Source of the DNA: an uncultured Acidobacteriota bacterium | Lineage (GTDB): Bacteria > Acidobacteriota > Vicinamibacteria > Vicinamibacterales > CAVVIG01 | Length of the DNA stretch: 64,000 nt | Direction: 5' to 3' | Assembly: GCA_963792785.1 (NCBI GenBank) | Contig: CAWBXO010000001.1 | Location: 531,336-595,335, forward strand | In this document: positions 1 through 10,252 of the stretch, piece after piece | How the letters are laid out: the number at the start of each line of letters is the position of its first letter | Position numbering within the stretch: position 1 is the stretch's first letter | Translations under genes and position numbers: made by a program | The notes under the pieces: model-generated | Seen by the model: the letters and a program-made list of their open reading frames with translations, nothing else | Told to the model about the DNA's origin: nothing | Databases searched by the model: none

Positions 1-1623
1 CCGGAGAAGCCCGCGCGCCAGCGCGCGGAGAACGCGCCCGCCGCGGCGCCCATGTTCGGCGCGCTCAAGGCGCTCGCCGCGGCCAAGCCGCGCGTCAAGA
101 TGCCGGAGCGCCCGCTGCCGCTCCCCGACCCGGAGCCCGTCGCGAAGGCGCCGGCCGAGCGGCGCAAGGGCGAGTTCACGCTGCCGCCGCTCGCGCTCCT
201 CGACGCCACGCGCGTCGAGCGCAAGATCGACGAGCGCGAGCTGATGGAAGGCGCGCGCCTCCTCGAGGAGAAGTGCCGCGAGTTCTCCGTGGAAGGCTCC
301 GTCGTCCAGATCCATCCCGGGCCGGTCGTCACCACCTACGAGTTCAAGCCCGACGCCGGCGTGAAGTACTCGAAGATCACCGGCCTCGCCGACGACCTCT
401 GCCTGGCCATGCAGGCGGAGTCCGTCCTCATCGATCGCATTCCGGGCAAGTCGACCGTCGGCATCCAGATCCCGAACCAGACGCGCGAGCCGATCTCGCT
501 GCGCGAGCTGCTCGAGTCGGAGGCGTATCGCAAGTCGACCGCGAAACTCACCATCGCCCTCGGCAAGACGATCCACGGCGAGCCTTTCGTCGCCGATCTG
601 GCCACGATGCCGCACCTGCTGATCGCCGGCTCCACCGGCGCGGGCAAGTCGGTCGGCATCAACGGCATGCTCACGAGCATCCTCTACCGCGCCACGCCCG
701 ACGATGTGCGGATGATCATGATCGACCCCAAGCGCCTCGAGCTGGGGATGTACGAGGACATCCCGCACCTGATGACGCCGGTCGTCGTCGATCCCAAGCA
801 GGCGTCGAACGCCCTGCGGTGGGCCGTGCGCGAGATGGAGGAGCGCTACAAGACCCTCGCCGCCGAAGGCGTGCGCAACATCGAGCAGTACAACCGCAAC
901 ATCGCGCACGCGCTCGCGGAGGGCGGCAAGGAGCACGAGGGCGAGATCCCGAAGCCCCTGCCCTACATCGTCGTCGTGATCGACGAGCTGGCGGACCTCA
1001 TGATGGTGGCGAGCAACGAGGTCGAGGAATCGATCGCCCGGCTCGCGCAGATGGCCCGCGCCGTCGGCATCCACCTCATCCTGGCGACGCAGCGGCCCTC
1101 GGTGGACGTGATCACCGGGCTCATCAAGGCGAACCTGCCCGCGCGCCTCTCGTTCCGCGTGTCGTCGAAGATCGACTCGCGCACGATTCTGGACTCGAAC
1201 GGCGCCGAGCAGCTGCTCGGCAAGGGCGACATGCTGTTCATGCCGCCCGCCTCGTCGCGCTTCGTGCGCCTTCACGGTCCGTATATCTCGGAGCAGGAGA
1301 CCGCGCGCCTCGCGAGCTACCTGCGCAAGCAGGGCAAGCCGACGTACGACGAGACCATCACCGCGGATGAGAAGACGACGGTCGACGGGATCGAGATGGA
1401 GAAGGACGACCTCTACGACGACGCGGCGCGCATCGTCGTCGGCAGCGGCCAGGCGTCGATCTCGTACCTGCAGCGGCGGCTGCGCATCGGGTTCAGCCGC
1501 GCCGCCCGGCTCGTGGACATGATGGAGATGGAGGGCCTGGTCTCCCCCGCCGCCGGCGGCAAGGCGCGCGACGTGCTGGTCGACAAGGGCTACTTCGAGG
1601 AAGTGGACGCCCAGCTGCGATGA
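1..1623 (+). CDS. ftsK: DNA translocase FtsK (5' part lies before the window)
   Basis: Frame open from position 1; MPHLLIAGSTGAGKS Walker A, IVVVIDELADLM Walker B, ATQRPSVDVITGLIKAN, gamma domain SISYLQRRLRIGFSRAARLVD. Confidence 0.97.
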   Translation, partial: PEKPARQRAENAPAAAPMFGALKALAAAKPRVKMPERPLPLPDPEPVAKAPAERRKGEFTLPPLALLDATRVERKIDERELMEGARLLEEKCREFSVEGSVVQIHPGPVVTTYEFKPDAGVKYSKITGLADDLCLAMQAESVLIDRIPGKSTVGIQIPNQTREPISLRELLESEAYRKSTAKLTIALGKTIHGEPFVADLATMPHLLIAGSTGAGKSVGINGMLTSILYRATPDDVRMIMIDPKRLELGMYEDIPHLMTPVVVDPKQASNALRWAVREMEERYKTLAAEGVRNIEQYNRNIAHALAEGGKEHEGEIPKPLPYIVVVIDELADLMMVASNEVEESIARLAQMARAVGIHLILATQRPSVDVITGLIKANLPARLSFRVSSKIDSRTILDSNGAEQLLGKGDMLFMPPASSRFVRLHGPYISEQETARLASYLRKQGKPTYDETITADEKTTVDGIEMEKDDLYDDAARIVVGSGQASISYLQRRLRIGFSRAARLVDMMEMEGLVSPAAGGKARDVLVDKGYFEEVDAQLR

Positions 1624-3311
1624 CACGACGCGCCCGCGCGGCCACCGGCGTGATCCTGGCGGCGGCCTTCCTGGCCGCCACGCCGGGCCTCGTCCGCGCG
1701 GCGGATACCGCCGCCAGCCTCTACACGGCGGCGTACGAGCAGGAGAAGGCCGCCCGACAGGCGTTCACCGACGGCACGCGCGAAGAGGCCCTGGCCGACC
1801 TGCGCCGGACCGTCGACGCCTTCGAGCAGGTCGTGCGGCGCTTCCCGCGCAGCGGCTACTGCGACAACGCGCTGTGGGAGGCGGGCGTGCTCTCGCTCGA
1901 CGGCTACGACCTGTTCGGCGAGACACGCGACCGCGACACCGGCGTGAACGACCTCACGTGGCTGACACGGGAGTACCCCCACAGCAGCCTCATCAAGGAC
2001 GCGCCGCAGCAGATCGCGCGCGCGAGCCGCGACACGAAGCAGGTCGCGGAGATCAAGAGCGTCCATCGGACGCGTCTCGCCGACGGCGTCCGTGTGACCA
2101 TCCAGCTCGATGCCGAGGTGCCCTTCCACGAGGAATGGCTCGATGGCCCCTCGCGCGTCTTCATCGACCTCGCCTCCACGCGCGCCGCGAAGAACCTCCA
2201 GGACCAGACGATCCGGTTCGACGGCGACGACGACGTGATCCACGAGATCCGGTTCGGCCGTCACCCGAACAACACCACGCGCGTCGTGCTCGACGCGCAG
2301 GGCGTCGCCGACTACAGCGTGTACCCGCTGTACGACCCGTTCACGATCGTCATCGACGTGTTCCGGCAGCCGACGCAGATGGCGAGCGCCACAACCGAAG
2401 CCGCGCCCGCCGACCCGCCGCCGCCCCAGCCCGAGACGCCCGCGCCGGCACGGGCGACGCCCGAACCCGCGGCCGTCGTCCCCGCGGTCGCGCAGCCGGT
2501 GCCGCCGTCGGAGCCCGTCCGGACCGCCGCCGTGCGGCCGCCGGACACGGCCCCGCCGCCCACGCCGCCAGCCGCCAACGGGCGCGGCGGCTTCTCGATG
2601 GCGCGGCAGCTTGGCCTGAGCGTGTCCCGCATTGTGATCGACCCGGGCCACGGCGGCCACGACCCCGGCACCAAGGGCAAGGGCATCGACGAGGCGGAAC
2701 TGGTGCTCGACATTGCGCTGCGGCTGGAGAAGCTGCTCAAGCAGACGCCGGGCCTCGAGGTGATCCTGACGCGCCGGACCGACGAGTTCGTGCCGCTCCA
2801 GGAGCGCACGGCCATCGCGAACCGGGAGGGCGCCGATCTCTTCCTCTCGATTCACGCGAACGCGAGCACGAACACGCACGCGGCGGGCATCGAGACGTAC
2901 TTCCTCAACTTCGCGACCAACCTCAGCGCGAAGGCCGTGGCCGCCAGGGAGAACGCGGCCTCCGGGCAGGCCATGGGCGAGCTGCCCGACTTCGTGAAGT
3001 CGATCGCCCTGAACAACAAGCTGGATGAATCGCGGGATTTCGCGTCCGAGGTCCAGGGCTCACTCGTCGAGCGCGCCAAGGGGGCGAACAGGGCGCTGAC
3101 CGACCGCGGGGTGCGGCAGGCGCCCTTCGTGGTGCTCATCGGCGCCGCGATGCCGAGCGTCCTGGCCGAGGTGGGCTTCGTGAGCAACAACCAGGAAGCG
3201 AAGCTGCTCAAGACGTCGAACTACCGCCAGCGCATCGCCGAAGCGCTCTACAACGCCATCCTGAAGTATCAGATGTCGCTGGGCACGCCGAAAGCCGTCG
3301 CCCAGCAGTAG
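1620..3311 (+). CDS. amiC: N-acetylmuramoyl-L-alanine amidase (AmiC-like: TPR-like N-terminus, AMIN domain, Pro-rich linker, Amidase_3)
   Basis: Signal peptide; IVIDPGHGGHDPG, ADLFLSIHANA, MPSVLAEVGF amidase motifs; ATGA overlap with ftsK. Confidence 0.9.
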   Translation: MTRRARAATGVILAAAFLAATPGLVRAADTAASLYTAAYEQEKAARQAFTDGTREEALADLRRTVDAFEQVVRRFPRSGYCDNALWEAGVLSLDGYDLFGETRDRDTGVNDLTWLTREYPHSSLIKDAPQQIARASRDTKQVAEIKSVHRTRLADGVRVTIQLDAEVPFHEEWLDGPSRVFIDLASTRAAKNLQDQTIRFDGDDDVIHEIRFGRHPNNTTRVVLDAQGVADYSVYPLYDPFTIVIDVFRQPTQMASATTEAAPADPPPPQPETPAPARATPEPAAVVPAVAQPVPPSEPVRTAAVRPPDTAPPPTPPAANGRGGFSMARQLGLSVSRIVIDPGHGGHDPGTKGKGIDEAELVLDIALRLEKLLKQTPGLEVILTRRTDEFVPLQERTAIANREGADLFLSIHANASTNTHAAGIETYFLNFATNLSAKAVAARENAASGQAMGELPDFVKSIALNNKLDESRDFASEVQGSLVERAKGANRALTDRGVRQAPFVVLIGAAMPSVLAEVGFVSNNQEAKLLKTSNYRQRIAEALYNAILKYQMSLGTPKAVAQQ

Positions 3312-3314
3312 ACG

Positions 3315-3551
3315 CTAGAACCGCAAACCCTCGGAACCCTCCGAGCGCTCGGAGGCTCTTCGATCAAGTTCGTGCTTCGCGAAGATAAACGCCGCGACGA
3401 CAATCCCGAACAGGATCGCGCCGATGACGATGACGCCGGTGAGGCCGAGCGAGCCAAACAGCACATCGGCCAGGCCCTGCAGGTCGTTCGTCTGCTCGAT
3501 CGGGGCGAGGTTGACGATGATGGGCGCGTCGGGCGGAGGCTGAAACAGCAC
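3315..3551 (-). CDS. Small hypothetical membrane protein
   Basis: 78-aa ORF directly downstream of pepA with one long hydrophobic segment (LFGSLGLTGVIVIGAILFGIVVAAFIF). Confidence 0.6.
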   Translation of the reverse strand: MLFQPPPDAPIIVNLAPIEQTNDLQGLADVLFGSLGLTGVIVIGAILFGIVVAAFIFAKHELDRRASERSEGSEGLRF

Positions 3552-3553
3552 GG

Positions 3554-5068
3554 CTAGGAGCCAATCGCGGCCCAGCGCTCAACCGCGCAGGCGAGCTCGG
3601 CCAGGGTGCGGACCGCGACGCCGCTCGGTCCCTTGGGCAGATACGGCTTCGCCTCCTCCGCCCACGCCGTGCCGGCGATGTCCAGATGCGCCCACGGCAG
3701 GCCGCCGGAAAACTCCTTCAGGAACATCGCCGCCGTCACGGCCCCGGCCGGCCGCCCGCCGGTGTTCGTCAGGTCGGCGATCTCGCTCTTCAGTTGATCG
3801 CGGTACTCCGGAAACAGCGGCAACGGCCACACGCGATCCCCGGCCTCGTTCGCGATCTGCCGGATGATGTCGACCCACGCGTCCGAGGACCCGAACAGCC
3901 CGGACGTGATCTTTCCCAGCGCGACGACACACGCGCCCGTGAGCGTCGCGACATCGACGAGGTGGGTCGCGCCCTGCCGCCGCGCGTACCAGAGCCCGTC
4001 CCCCAGGATCAGCCGCCCCTCGGCGTCCGTGTTGATGACCTCGACGGTCTTGCCGCTCGCGCCGGTCAGGATGTCCCCGGGCTTGATCGCGCGGCCGCCC
4101 GGCATGTTCTCCGTGGTCGGGATGATCCCCACGACCCGGACGCGCGGCGCGAGCTGCGCGATCGCGCGCATCGCGCAGACGACGGCCGCCCCGCCGGCCA
4201 TGTCGTCCTTCATGCGCTCCATGCCATCAGCCGGCTTGATCGAGATCCCGCCGGAGTCGAACGTCACGCCCTTGCCGACCAGTCCGAGCACCGGCGACGC
4301 CGGCGCCCCGGGCGGGTCGTAGCGCAGAACGATCACTCGCGGCGGCTCGCTGCTGCCCCGCGCCACGCCGAGGAGGAGGCCCATCCCGAGTTGCTCGATC
4401 TCGTCGGGCCCCAGCACTTCCGCGCTGAGGTGCGGGCCCTGCGCGATGGCCACCGCGCGGCGGGCGAATTCGGTCGGCGTGAGGCGGTTGCCCGGCTCAT
4501 TGGCGAGCCCGCGCGCCAGGTTGCTGCACTGGCCGAGCAGGCGCCCCCGCCCGGCGGCCGCGTCGTGGCCCTTGGGGCCGGCGACCGTCCAGACCGGCGG
4601 CGGGAAGACGACGTCCGTGGTCTTGTAGGACCCGCCGTTGAACTCGGCGAGCGTGAGGCCTTCGGCGATTGCCTGAACCCGATGCCCCGGCTCGGACGCG
4701 CCATCGGCGTGCACCAGGAACGCGGCCCGCGCGATCCGGCGCTGCCGCACCGCCAGTCCGGCGGCGAAGGCCAGGCGCCTGGCCCCGAAGTCTGAATACG
4801 CCGGTGAGGGCCCGCCGCCGATGAGGAACAGCCGGCGTGCCTTCCATCCGCGATCAGTCACCGGCGCCACGAACAACTCGTACGCCGCTCCGGTGAACTC
4901 GCCCGACGTGATGGCGCGCGCGATTTCGCCGCCCGAGGCGGCGTCGAGTCCCGGCACCGCGTCGGGCGCGCCGCCTTCGAACCACGGGACGACGATCGCG
5001 TCCGCGTCGATCGCGGCGGGAGCCCGGTCGGTGTAGGTCAGGAACTCGGCGGTTTCGGTCGGCGCCAT
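3554..5068 (-). CDS. pepA: Leucyl aminopeptidase (M17)
   Basis: VGKGVTFDSGGISIK, MKDDMAG, NTDAEGRL, WAHLDIAG motifs; start placed at ATG 5068. Confidence 0.95.
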   Translation of the reverse strand: MAPTETAEFLTYTDRAPAAIDADAIVVPWFEGGAPDAVPGLDAASGGEIARAITSGEFTGAAYELFVAPVTDRGWKARRLFLIGGGPSPAYSDFGARRLAFAAGLAVRQRRIARAAFLVHADGASEPGHRVQAIAEGLTLAEFNGGSYKTTDVVFPPPVWTVAGPKGHDAAAGRGRLLGQCSNLARGLANEPGNRLTPTEFARRAVAIAQGPHLSAEVLGPDEIEQLGMGLLLGVARGSSEPPRVIVLRYDPPGAPASPVLGLVGKGVTFDSGGISIKPADGMERMKDDMAGGAAVVCAMRAIAQLAPRVRVVGIIPTTENMPGGRAIKPGDILTGASGKTVEVINTDAEGRLILGDGLWYARRQGATHLVDVATLTGACVVALGKITSGLFGSSDAWVDIIRQIANEAGDRVWPLPLFPEYRDQLKSEIADLTNTGGRPAGAVTAAMFLKEFSGGLPWAHLDIAGTAWAEEAKPYLPKGPSGVAVRTLAELACAVERWAAIGS

Positions 5069-5138
5069 GCGGGATCTCGCCTCCAAACGTTGTACAATAT
5101 CGTAGATCGGCTCGGCGCTTTCAGGGGAAACGCGCGCC

Positions 5139-5573
5139 ATGCATATCAGGACATTTCGAAGCACGGTGGTCACGGCTTGCGCGCTGCTGGCCGCGACGGC
5201 GGTCGCCACCGCCGCGGGCCGTGCCGCCCGCGCCGACGAGGAGAAGCCGAAGCTCGTCGTGACCGCGCGTCCAAGCGTCGCGATCGCGCCGGCCACGGTC
5301 CGCTTGAGCGCGGAGCTCGTGGGGGGCGCGAACGACTTCGAGGACTTCTACTGCCCGACGGTCATCTGGGACTGGGACGATGGCACCGTGTCCGAGTCGA
5401 GCACCGACTGCCAGCCCTACCAGCCCGGCGTCTCGGAAATCCGGCGGCACTTCACCGTCGAACACAAGTTCCGCGCCGGCAGCTATCGTGTCCTGTTCAG
5501 CCTCAAGAACCGCGACAAGGAAGTGGCGGCCACGACCGTACGCCTTCAAATTCGGCCCGGCTTTCCTGACTGA
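5139..5573 (+). CDS. Exported hypothetical protein (PKD/Ig-like beta domain possible)
   Basis: Ala-rich signal peptide; WDWDDGT and H.F..G.Y.V pattern reminiscent of PKD; two Cys. Confidence 0.6.
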   Translation: MHIRTFRSTVVTACALLAATAVATAAGRAARADEEKPKLVVTARPSVAIAPATVRLSAELVGGANDFEDFYCPTVIWDWDDGTVSESSTDCQPYQPGVSEIRRHFTVEHKFRAGSYRVLFSLKNRDKEVAATTVRLQIRPGFPD

Positions 5574-5577
5574 GCCG

Positions 5578-5952
5578 TCAGGACTCGATCTCCACCTCCA
5601 CGAACCCCTCCGGGCCAGGCCGGAACAGTCGCGCGGCTGCCGCGCCGCTGCCCAGCCCGATCACCAGATACAACATCTCGTCGTACCACGCCTCGGCGCG
5701 ATCCGTCGGCGACGGCTCCGGGCCGCCAGTCGGGTGGGAGTGATAGAAGCCGCAGACCTCGACGCCCGACGTGCGCGCGTCCCGGCGTGCCGACACGTGG
5801 TCGTGCGGGTCGATGACGAAGCGGCGCATCGGGTCCTCGGCGATGTTCCGCGCCCGAACGGCGCGAACGATTGACGCCGTCGTGCCGATCAGCAGGCCGC
5901 AGCACTCGGCGGGAGCGGCGTCGCGCGCGTGCGCGGTGATGGCCTCGAGCAC
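5578..5952 (-). CDS. Mov34/MPN/JAMM (M67) metallopeptidase
   Basis: ECCGLL and HSHPTGGPEPSPTD = JAMM HxHx7Sx2D motif; start uncertain. Confidence 0.9.
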   Translation of the reverse strand: MLEAITAHARDAAPAECCGLLIGTTASIVRAVRARNIAEDPMRRFVIDPHDHVSARRDARTSGVEVCGFYHSHPTGGPEPSPTDRAEAWYDEMLYLVIGLGSGAAAARLFRPGPEGFVEVEIES

Positions 5953-5978
5953 GCCGGGGCCGATCGCGACGGCCTCCC

Positions 5979-7169
5979 TCAGACCGCCTCCACCACCATG
6001 GCGATCCCCATGCCGCCGCCGATGCAGAGCGAGGCCACGCCGCGGCGCAGCGAGCGCGCCCGCATCGCATAGATCAGCGTCGTCAGGATCCGCGCGCCGC
6101 TGGCGCCCACCGGGTGGCCGAGCGCGATGGCGCCGCCGTTGACGTTGACCTTCGCGGGGTCGATCTTCAGCTCGCGCACGACCGCGACCGACTGCGCGGC
6201 AAACGCCTCGTTCAGCTCGAACAGATCGATGTCGCCGATCGCCAGGCCCGCGCGGTCGAGCGCCTTGCGGATCGCCGGGATCGGCCCCAGGCCCATCACC
6301 ATCGGATCCACGCCCGCCACGGCGTACGAGACCACCCGCGCGAGCGGCGCCGCGCCGAGCGCCTTGGCTCTCGCCAGGGTCGTCACCACGGTGGCCGAGG
6401 CGCCGTCGTTGATGCCCGACGCCGTGCCCGCCGTGACCGTCCCGTCCTTCTTGAAGGCCGGCTTGAGCGCCGCGAGCGTCTCCGCCGTCGTGCCCGGCCG
6501 GATGTATTCATCGCGGTCGACCCGGGTCGGCTCGCCCTTCTTCTTCGGCACCAGCACGGGCACGATCTCGGCGTCGAACGATCCGTCGCCGGCGGCGCGC
6601 GCCGCCTTCTGCTGGCTCGACGCCGCGAAGGCGTCCTGATCGGCGCGCGAGATCGCGTTCCGCGTGGCGACTTCCTCCGCCGTGATCCCCATGTGGCACG
6701 AATGGATCGCGCACGTCAGGCCTTCGCCAACCATCGCGTCGATCATCTCGGCGTTACCCATGCGGTACCCCCACCGGGCGCCCTTCAGCAGATACGGCGC
6801 GCCGGACATCGATTCGGTGCCGCCGGCCACGACCAGTTCGGCCGCACCGGCATGAATCGACTCCGCCGCGTGGATCACCGACTGCAGGCCGGAGCCGCAG
6901 ACGCGATTGACCGTCTCCGCGGGCACTTCGACCGGAATCCCGGCGCCGAGCGCGGCCTGCCGCGCCACGTTCATCCCCGTACCCGCCTGGATCACGCATC
7001 CCATGTACACGTCGTCCACCTGGTCGGGCTTCACCTTCGCGCGCACCAGCGCTTCGCGGATCGCGACGGTGCCGAGTTCGGCCGCGCTGACGTCCCGGAA
7101 GACGCCGCCGAACGATCCGATCGGCGTGCGGCAGGCGGAGAGGATGACGGCATCGAGCGACTGGGGCAT
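5979..7169 (-). CDS. Acetyl-CoA C-acetyltransferase (thiolase)
   Basis: [36 protein letters not shown] motifs. Confidence 0.95.
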   Translation of the reverse strand: MPQSLDAVILSACRTPIGSFGGVFRDVSAAELGTVAIREALVRAKVKPDQVDDVYMGCVIQAGTGMNVARQAALGAGIPVEVPAETVNRVCGSGLQSVIHAAESIHAGAAELVVAGGTESMSGAPYLLKGARWGYRMGNAEMIDAMVGEGLTCAIHSCHMGITAEEVATRNAISRADQDAFAASSQQKAARAAGDGSFDAEIVPVLVPKKKGEPTRVDRDEYIRPGTTAETLAALKPAFKKDGTVTAGTASGINDGASATVVTTLARAKALGAAPLARVVSYAVAGVDPMVMGLGPIPAIRKALDRAGLAIGDIDLFELNEAFAAQSVAVVRELKIDPAKVNVNGGAIALGHPVGASGARILTTLIYAMRARSLRRGVASLCIGGGMGIAMVVEAV

Positions 7170-7173
7170 GGGA

Positions 7174-8070
7174 CTATGGCCTCCGTGAGAGGATCTCGCG
7201 CCAGCGGCGCGCTTCCGTGAAGACCTCGGTGAGGCGATCGCCGTCGCCGAGATCGCGGCGCAGGTCGGACAGAATGCCAATCAGCACGTCGAGCGCGGGG
7301 CCGATCTCGTCGGCGTTGGTGGCGGTGATGTCGGCCCAGATATCCGGCGGGCTCGACGCGAGTCGCGTCGTGTCGTGCAGGCCCCGCCCGGCCAGCGCGA
7401 GGGCCTCGTCGCCGACGGCCTCCCCGACCACCTGCATGAGCGCGCTCGCGGTGAGCTGTGGCAGGTGACTCAGGTACGCCACCAGCCGATCGTGCGCGGC
7501 GGGGGGCATCACGCGGGGCACCGCGCCGAGCGCCTCGATGAACGCGGAGAGCTTCTCCACTGCCGTGCCGCTCGCCTCGCTGGAAGGCGTCAGCAGCCAC
7601 GGCCGGCCTTGGAAGAGATCCGGCCGCGCGTGCTCGAGCCCGCCGGCGGCGGCTCCGGCCAGCGGATGCCCGCCGACGAACGTGAACCGGCCCGGCAGGC
7701 CCATCGCCGCCTCGACGGTCGCGCGCTTCGTGCTGCCCGTGTCGGTCACGACGGCGGCCTGCCGCACGTTCTCGTCCAGTTCCGCCATCAGAGCGACATT
7801 CTGCCGCACGGGCGCGGCGAGGATCACGAGGTCGGCTTCCGCCAGGACCACGAGGTCGTCCGCCGCCACGTCGATGGCATGGAGGCGCATCGCCGTCTCG
7901 AGGACGTCCTTGTTGTCCACCGCGATGACGAGCGCCGTCGGCCAGATCTGCCGCGCGGCCATCGCGATGGATCCGCCGATCAGCCCGAGGCCGACGATGC
8001 CCACCTTGTCGAAGATCGGCGGCGCGCCACCGGGCGCCGGCCGGCCGGGCTGGATGACCGGAAGCTCCAC
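7174..8070 (-). CDS. tyrA: Prephenate/arogenate dehydrogenase
   Basis: [11 protein letters not shown] Rossmann fold, [26 protein letters not shown]; GTG start 8070. Confidence 0.92.
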   Translation of the reverse strand: MELPVIQPGRPAPGGAPPIFDKVGIVGLGLIGGSIAMAARQIWPTALVIAVDNKDVLETAMRLHAIDVAADDLVVLAEADLVILAAPVRQNVALMAELDENVRQAAVVTDTGSTKRATVEAAMGLPGRFTFVGGHPLAGAAAGGLEHARPDLFQGRPWLLTPSSEASGTAVEKLSAFIEALGAVPRVMPPAAHDRLVAYLSHLPQLTASALMQVVGEAVGDEALALAGRGLHDTTRLASSPPDIWADITATNADEIGPALDVLIGILSDLRRDLGDGDRLTEVFTEARRWREILSRRP

Positions 8071-8072
8071 GC

Positions 8073-9119
8073 CTAGCTGCCCCATCCCCGGCGCGTCACC
8101 GGCTCGAGGCAAATCGATCGGCCAATCGCCGGCGCGATGATGCGCAGCTCGGCCATGAGCCGGTCGAACTGTCCCGGAAACATCGACTGCGCGCCGTCGC
8201 TGAGCGCGTGATCCGGATCGCAGTGCACCTCGATGAGCAGGCCGTCGGCCCCCGCCGCGATCGCGGCGCGGGCGACGGGCGCGACCTTGTCCCGCCGGCC
8301 GATCGCGTGGCTCGGATCCACGATGACGGGCAGATGGCTCAGCTTCTTCACGATCGGAATCGCGGCGATGTCGAGCGTGTTGCGCGTGGCGGTCTCGAAC
8401 GTGCGGATGCCGCGCTCGCACAGCACCACGTCCGTGTTGCCGCCGCTCAGCACGTACTCCGCCGACAGGAGCCATTCCTCGATCGTCGCCGAGATGCCGC
8501 GCTTGAGCAGGACGGGCTTCCTGACGTGACCCAGCTCGCGGAGCAGCGTGAAGTTCTGCATGTTCCGCGCGCCGACCTGAAACATGTCGGCGTAGCCGCC
8601 AATCAGCTCGATCTGGCTGACGTCCATCACTTCCGTCACGAGCTGGAGGCCCTCGCTGTTGCAGGCGTCCCGCATCAGCTTGAGTCCCTCCTCGCCCAGG
8701 CCCTGGAAGCTGTACGGCGAGCTGCGCGGCTTGAACGCCCCGCCGCGGAAGATCTTGGCGCCGGCGCGGCGCACCGCCGCCGCCGTCGTCCGGACCTGCG
8801 TCTCGTTCTCGGCGGAGCACGGCCCGGCCATGACGATGACCTCGTCGCCGCCGATGCGGACGTCGCCGACCGAGACGACGGTGTCCTCCGACTTGAACGT
8901 CCGGCTCGCCAGCTTGTACGGCTCCGAGATCCGGACCACCTCGCGCACGCCGTCGAGCACCTCGATGAGGCCGGGGTCCGGGCGGGTCTGCCCGACGACG
9001 CCGAGCACCGTCCGCGTGATGCCGGTCGACCGGTGCACGTCCATCCCCATCTCCACGAGCCGCGCGACCACCTGTTCGATCTGCGTCTCGGTGGCCCGTT
9101 CGTCCATGATTACGACCAT
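8073..9119 (-). CDS. aroF: DAHP synthase type I-beta with N-terminal regulatory ferredoxin/ACT-like domain
   Basis: AGPCSAE, GGAFKPRSSPYSFQG, QVGARNMQNF, CERGIRTFE, DPSHA. Confidence 0.95.
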   Translation of the reverse strand: MVVIMDERATETQIEQVVARLVEMGMDVHRSTGITRTVLGVVGQTRPDPGLIEVLDGVREVVRISEPYKLASRTFKSEDTVVSVGDVRIGGDEVIVMAGPCSAENETQVRTTAAAVRRAGAKIFRGGAFKPRSSPYSFQGLGEEGLKLMRDACNSEGLQLVTEVMDVSQIELIGGYADMFQVGARNMQNFTLLRELGHVRKPVLLKRGISATIEEWLLSAEYVLSGGNTDVVLCERGIRTFETATRNTLDIAAIPIVKKLSHLPVIVDPSHAIGRRDKVAPVARAAIAAGADGLLIEVHCDPDHALSDGAQSMFPGQFDRLMAELRIIAPAIGRSICLEPVTRRGWGS

Positions 9120-9130
9120 TACCGTGTCCT

Positions 9131-9154
9131 CGCGGACCTGAAGGTCCGCACTAC
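9131..9154 (-). repeat. GTAG-type REP-like palindrome
   Basis: Minus strand GTAGT-GCGGACCT-TC-AGGTCCGC-G; GTAG tetranucleotide followed by perfect 8-bp stem. Confidence 0.6.
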
Positions 9155-9450
9155 GACTCGTCTTCCTGTATGACGCGGCGCTCGAGCCTGCGCGCCTCGT
9201 CGATGATGCGTTCGAACAGCCGGGCGATCGCGTCCGGCCCGAGGGGGCCTTCGGCCGCGACGCTCCGGACGTGCGCCAGCACGTCCTTCTCCCGGTTCGG
9301 CTGGTAGACCTCGAGCCCGGCCTCGCGCTTCAGCTGCCCGATCTCGCAGGCGCGGCGCGCCCGCTCGTTCAGCAGGCGAACCAGCACCTCGTCGACGCGA
9401 TCGATGTCGCGCCGCAGCTCGTCCAGCCTCTCCTCAAGCGTGCTCGCCAT
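9151..9450 (-). CDS. Chorismate mutase (AroQ type II)
   Basis: LDELRRDIDRVDEVLVRLLNERARRACEIGQLK...YQPNREKDVL. Confidence 0.92.
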   Translation of the reverse strand: MASTLEERLDELRRDIDRVDEVLVRLLNERARRACEIGQLKREAGLEVYQPNREKDVLAHVRSVAAEGPLGPDAIARLFERIIDEARRLERRVIQEDES

Positions 9451-10252
9451 CCTCACCTCTCAGCCACCGCACGTGGCGTTCCAGCCGCGCGCCGAGCTCG
9501 GGCGCGTCGCCGATCTCGCCGATGAGCGACACCAGCGCGCTGCCGACGACCGCCGCGTCCGCGTACCGGCAGATCTGGGCGACATGCTCCGGCCGCGACA
9601 CGCCGAAGCCGAGCGCCAGCGGCATCTCCGTGAGGCGCCGGATCCGGGCGGCCAGCGTCGCGGCGCTGTCGGCCACCTGGTCGCGCGCGCCGGTCACGCC
9701 CAGGCGCGAGATGCCATAGAGAAAGCCCCGCCCCAGCTCCGCCGCCCGCCGGATGCGCGCGTCCGTCGTCGTCGGGCTCAACAGGAAGATCGTATCGATC
9801 CCGCGCGCCGCCAGCGTCTCACGAAAGCCCCCGGCCTCCTCGATCGGCAGGTCGAGCGCCAGGACGCCGTCGACGCCCGCGTCGGCGGCCCGATCCGCGA
9901 AGGCCTCGGCGCCCAGGCGCAGGATCGGGTTCGCATAGCTGAAGATCACGACCGGCGCCCGCAGCTGGTCGCGGACCCGCTTCACCATGGCCAGCGAGGC
10001 CGTGAGGCTCCCGCCCGCCGCCAGCGCCCGCTCGGTGGCGCGCTGAATCGCCGGGCCGTCCGCCATCGGATCCGAGAACGGCACGCCGACCTCGATCACG
10101 TCGGCGCCACCCCGATCCAGCGCGAGCAGGACTTCAGCCGAGCGATCCGGCGTCGGATCTCCGGCGGTCGTGAACGTGACCAGGCCGGGCCGCCGTTCCG
10201 CGCGAATCCGGTCGAACGCCTCGCCGATCCGTGCGCTCGTGCGGACCGTCAT
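9434..10252 (-). CDS. trpA: Tryptophan synthase alpha
   Basis: [41 protein letters not shown]. Confidence 0.96.
   Translation of the reverse strand: MTVRTSARIGEAFDRIRAERRPGLVTFTTAGDPTPDRSAEVLLALDRGGADVIEVGVPFSDPMADGPAIQRATERALAAGGSLTASLAMVKRVRDQLRAPVVIFSYANPILRLGAEAFADRAADAGVDGVLALDLPIEEAGGFRETLAARGIDTIFLLSPTTTDARIRRAAELGRGFLYGISRLGVTGARDQVADSAATLAARIRRLTEMPLALGFGVSRPEHVAQICRYADAAVVGSALVSLIGEIGDAPELGARLERHVRWLRGEDGEHA

Noticed and set aside
2400-2580. Low-complexity repeat in amiC
   Set aside because: Ordinary Pro/Ala-rich interdomain linker.
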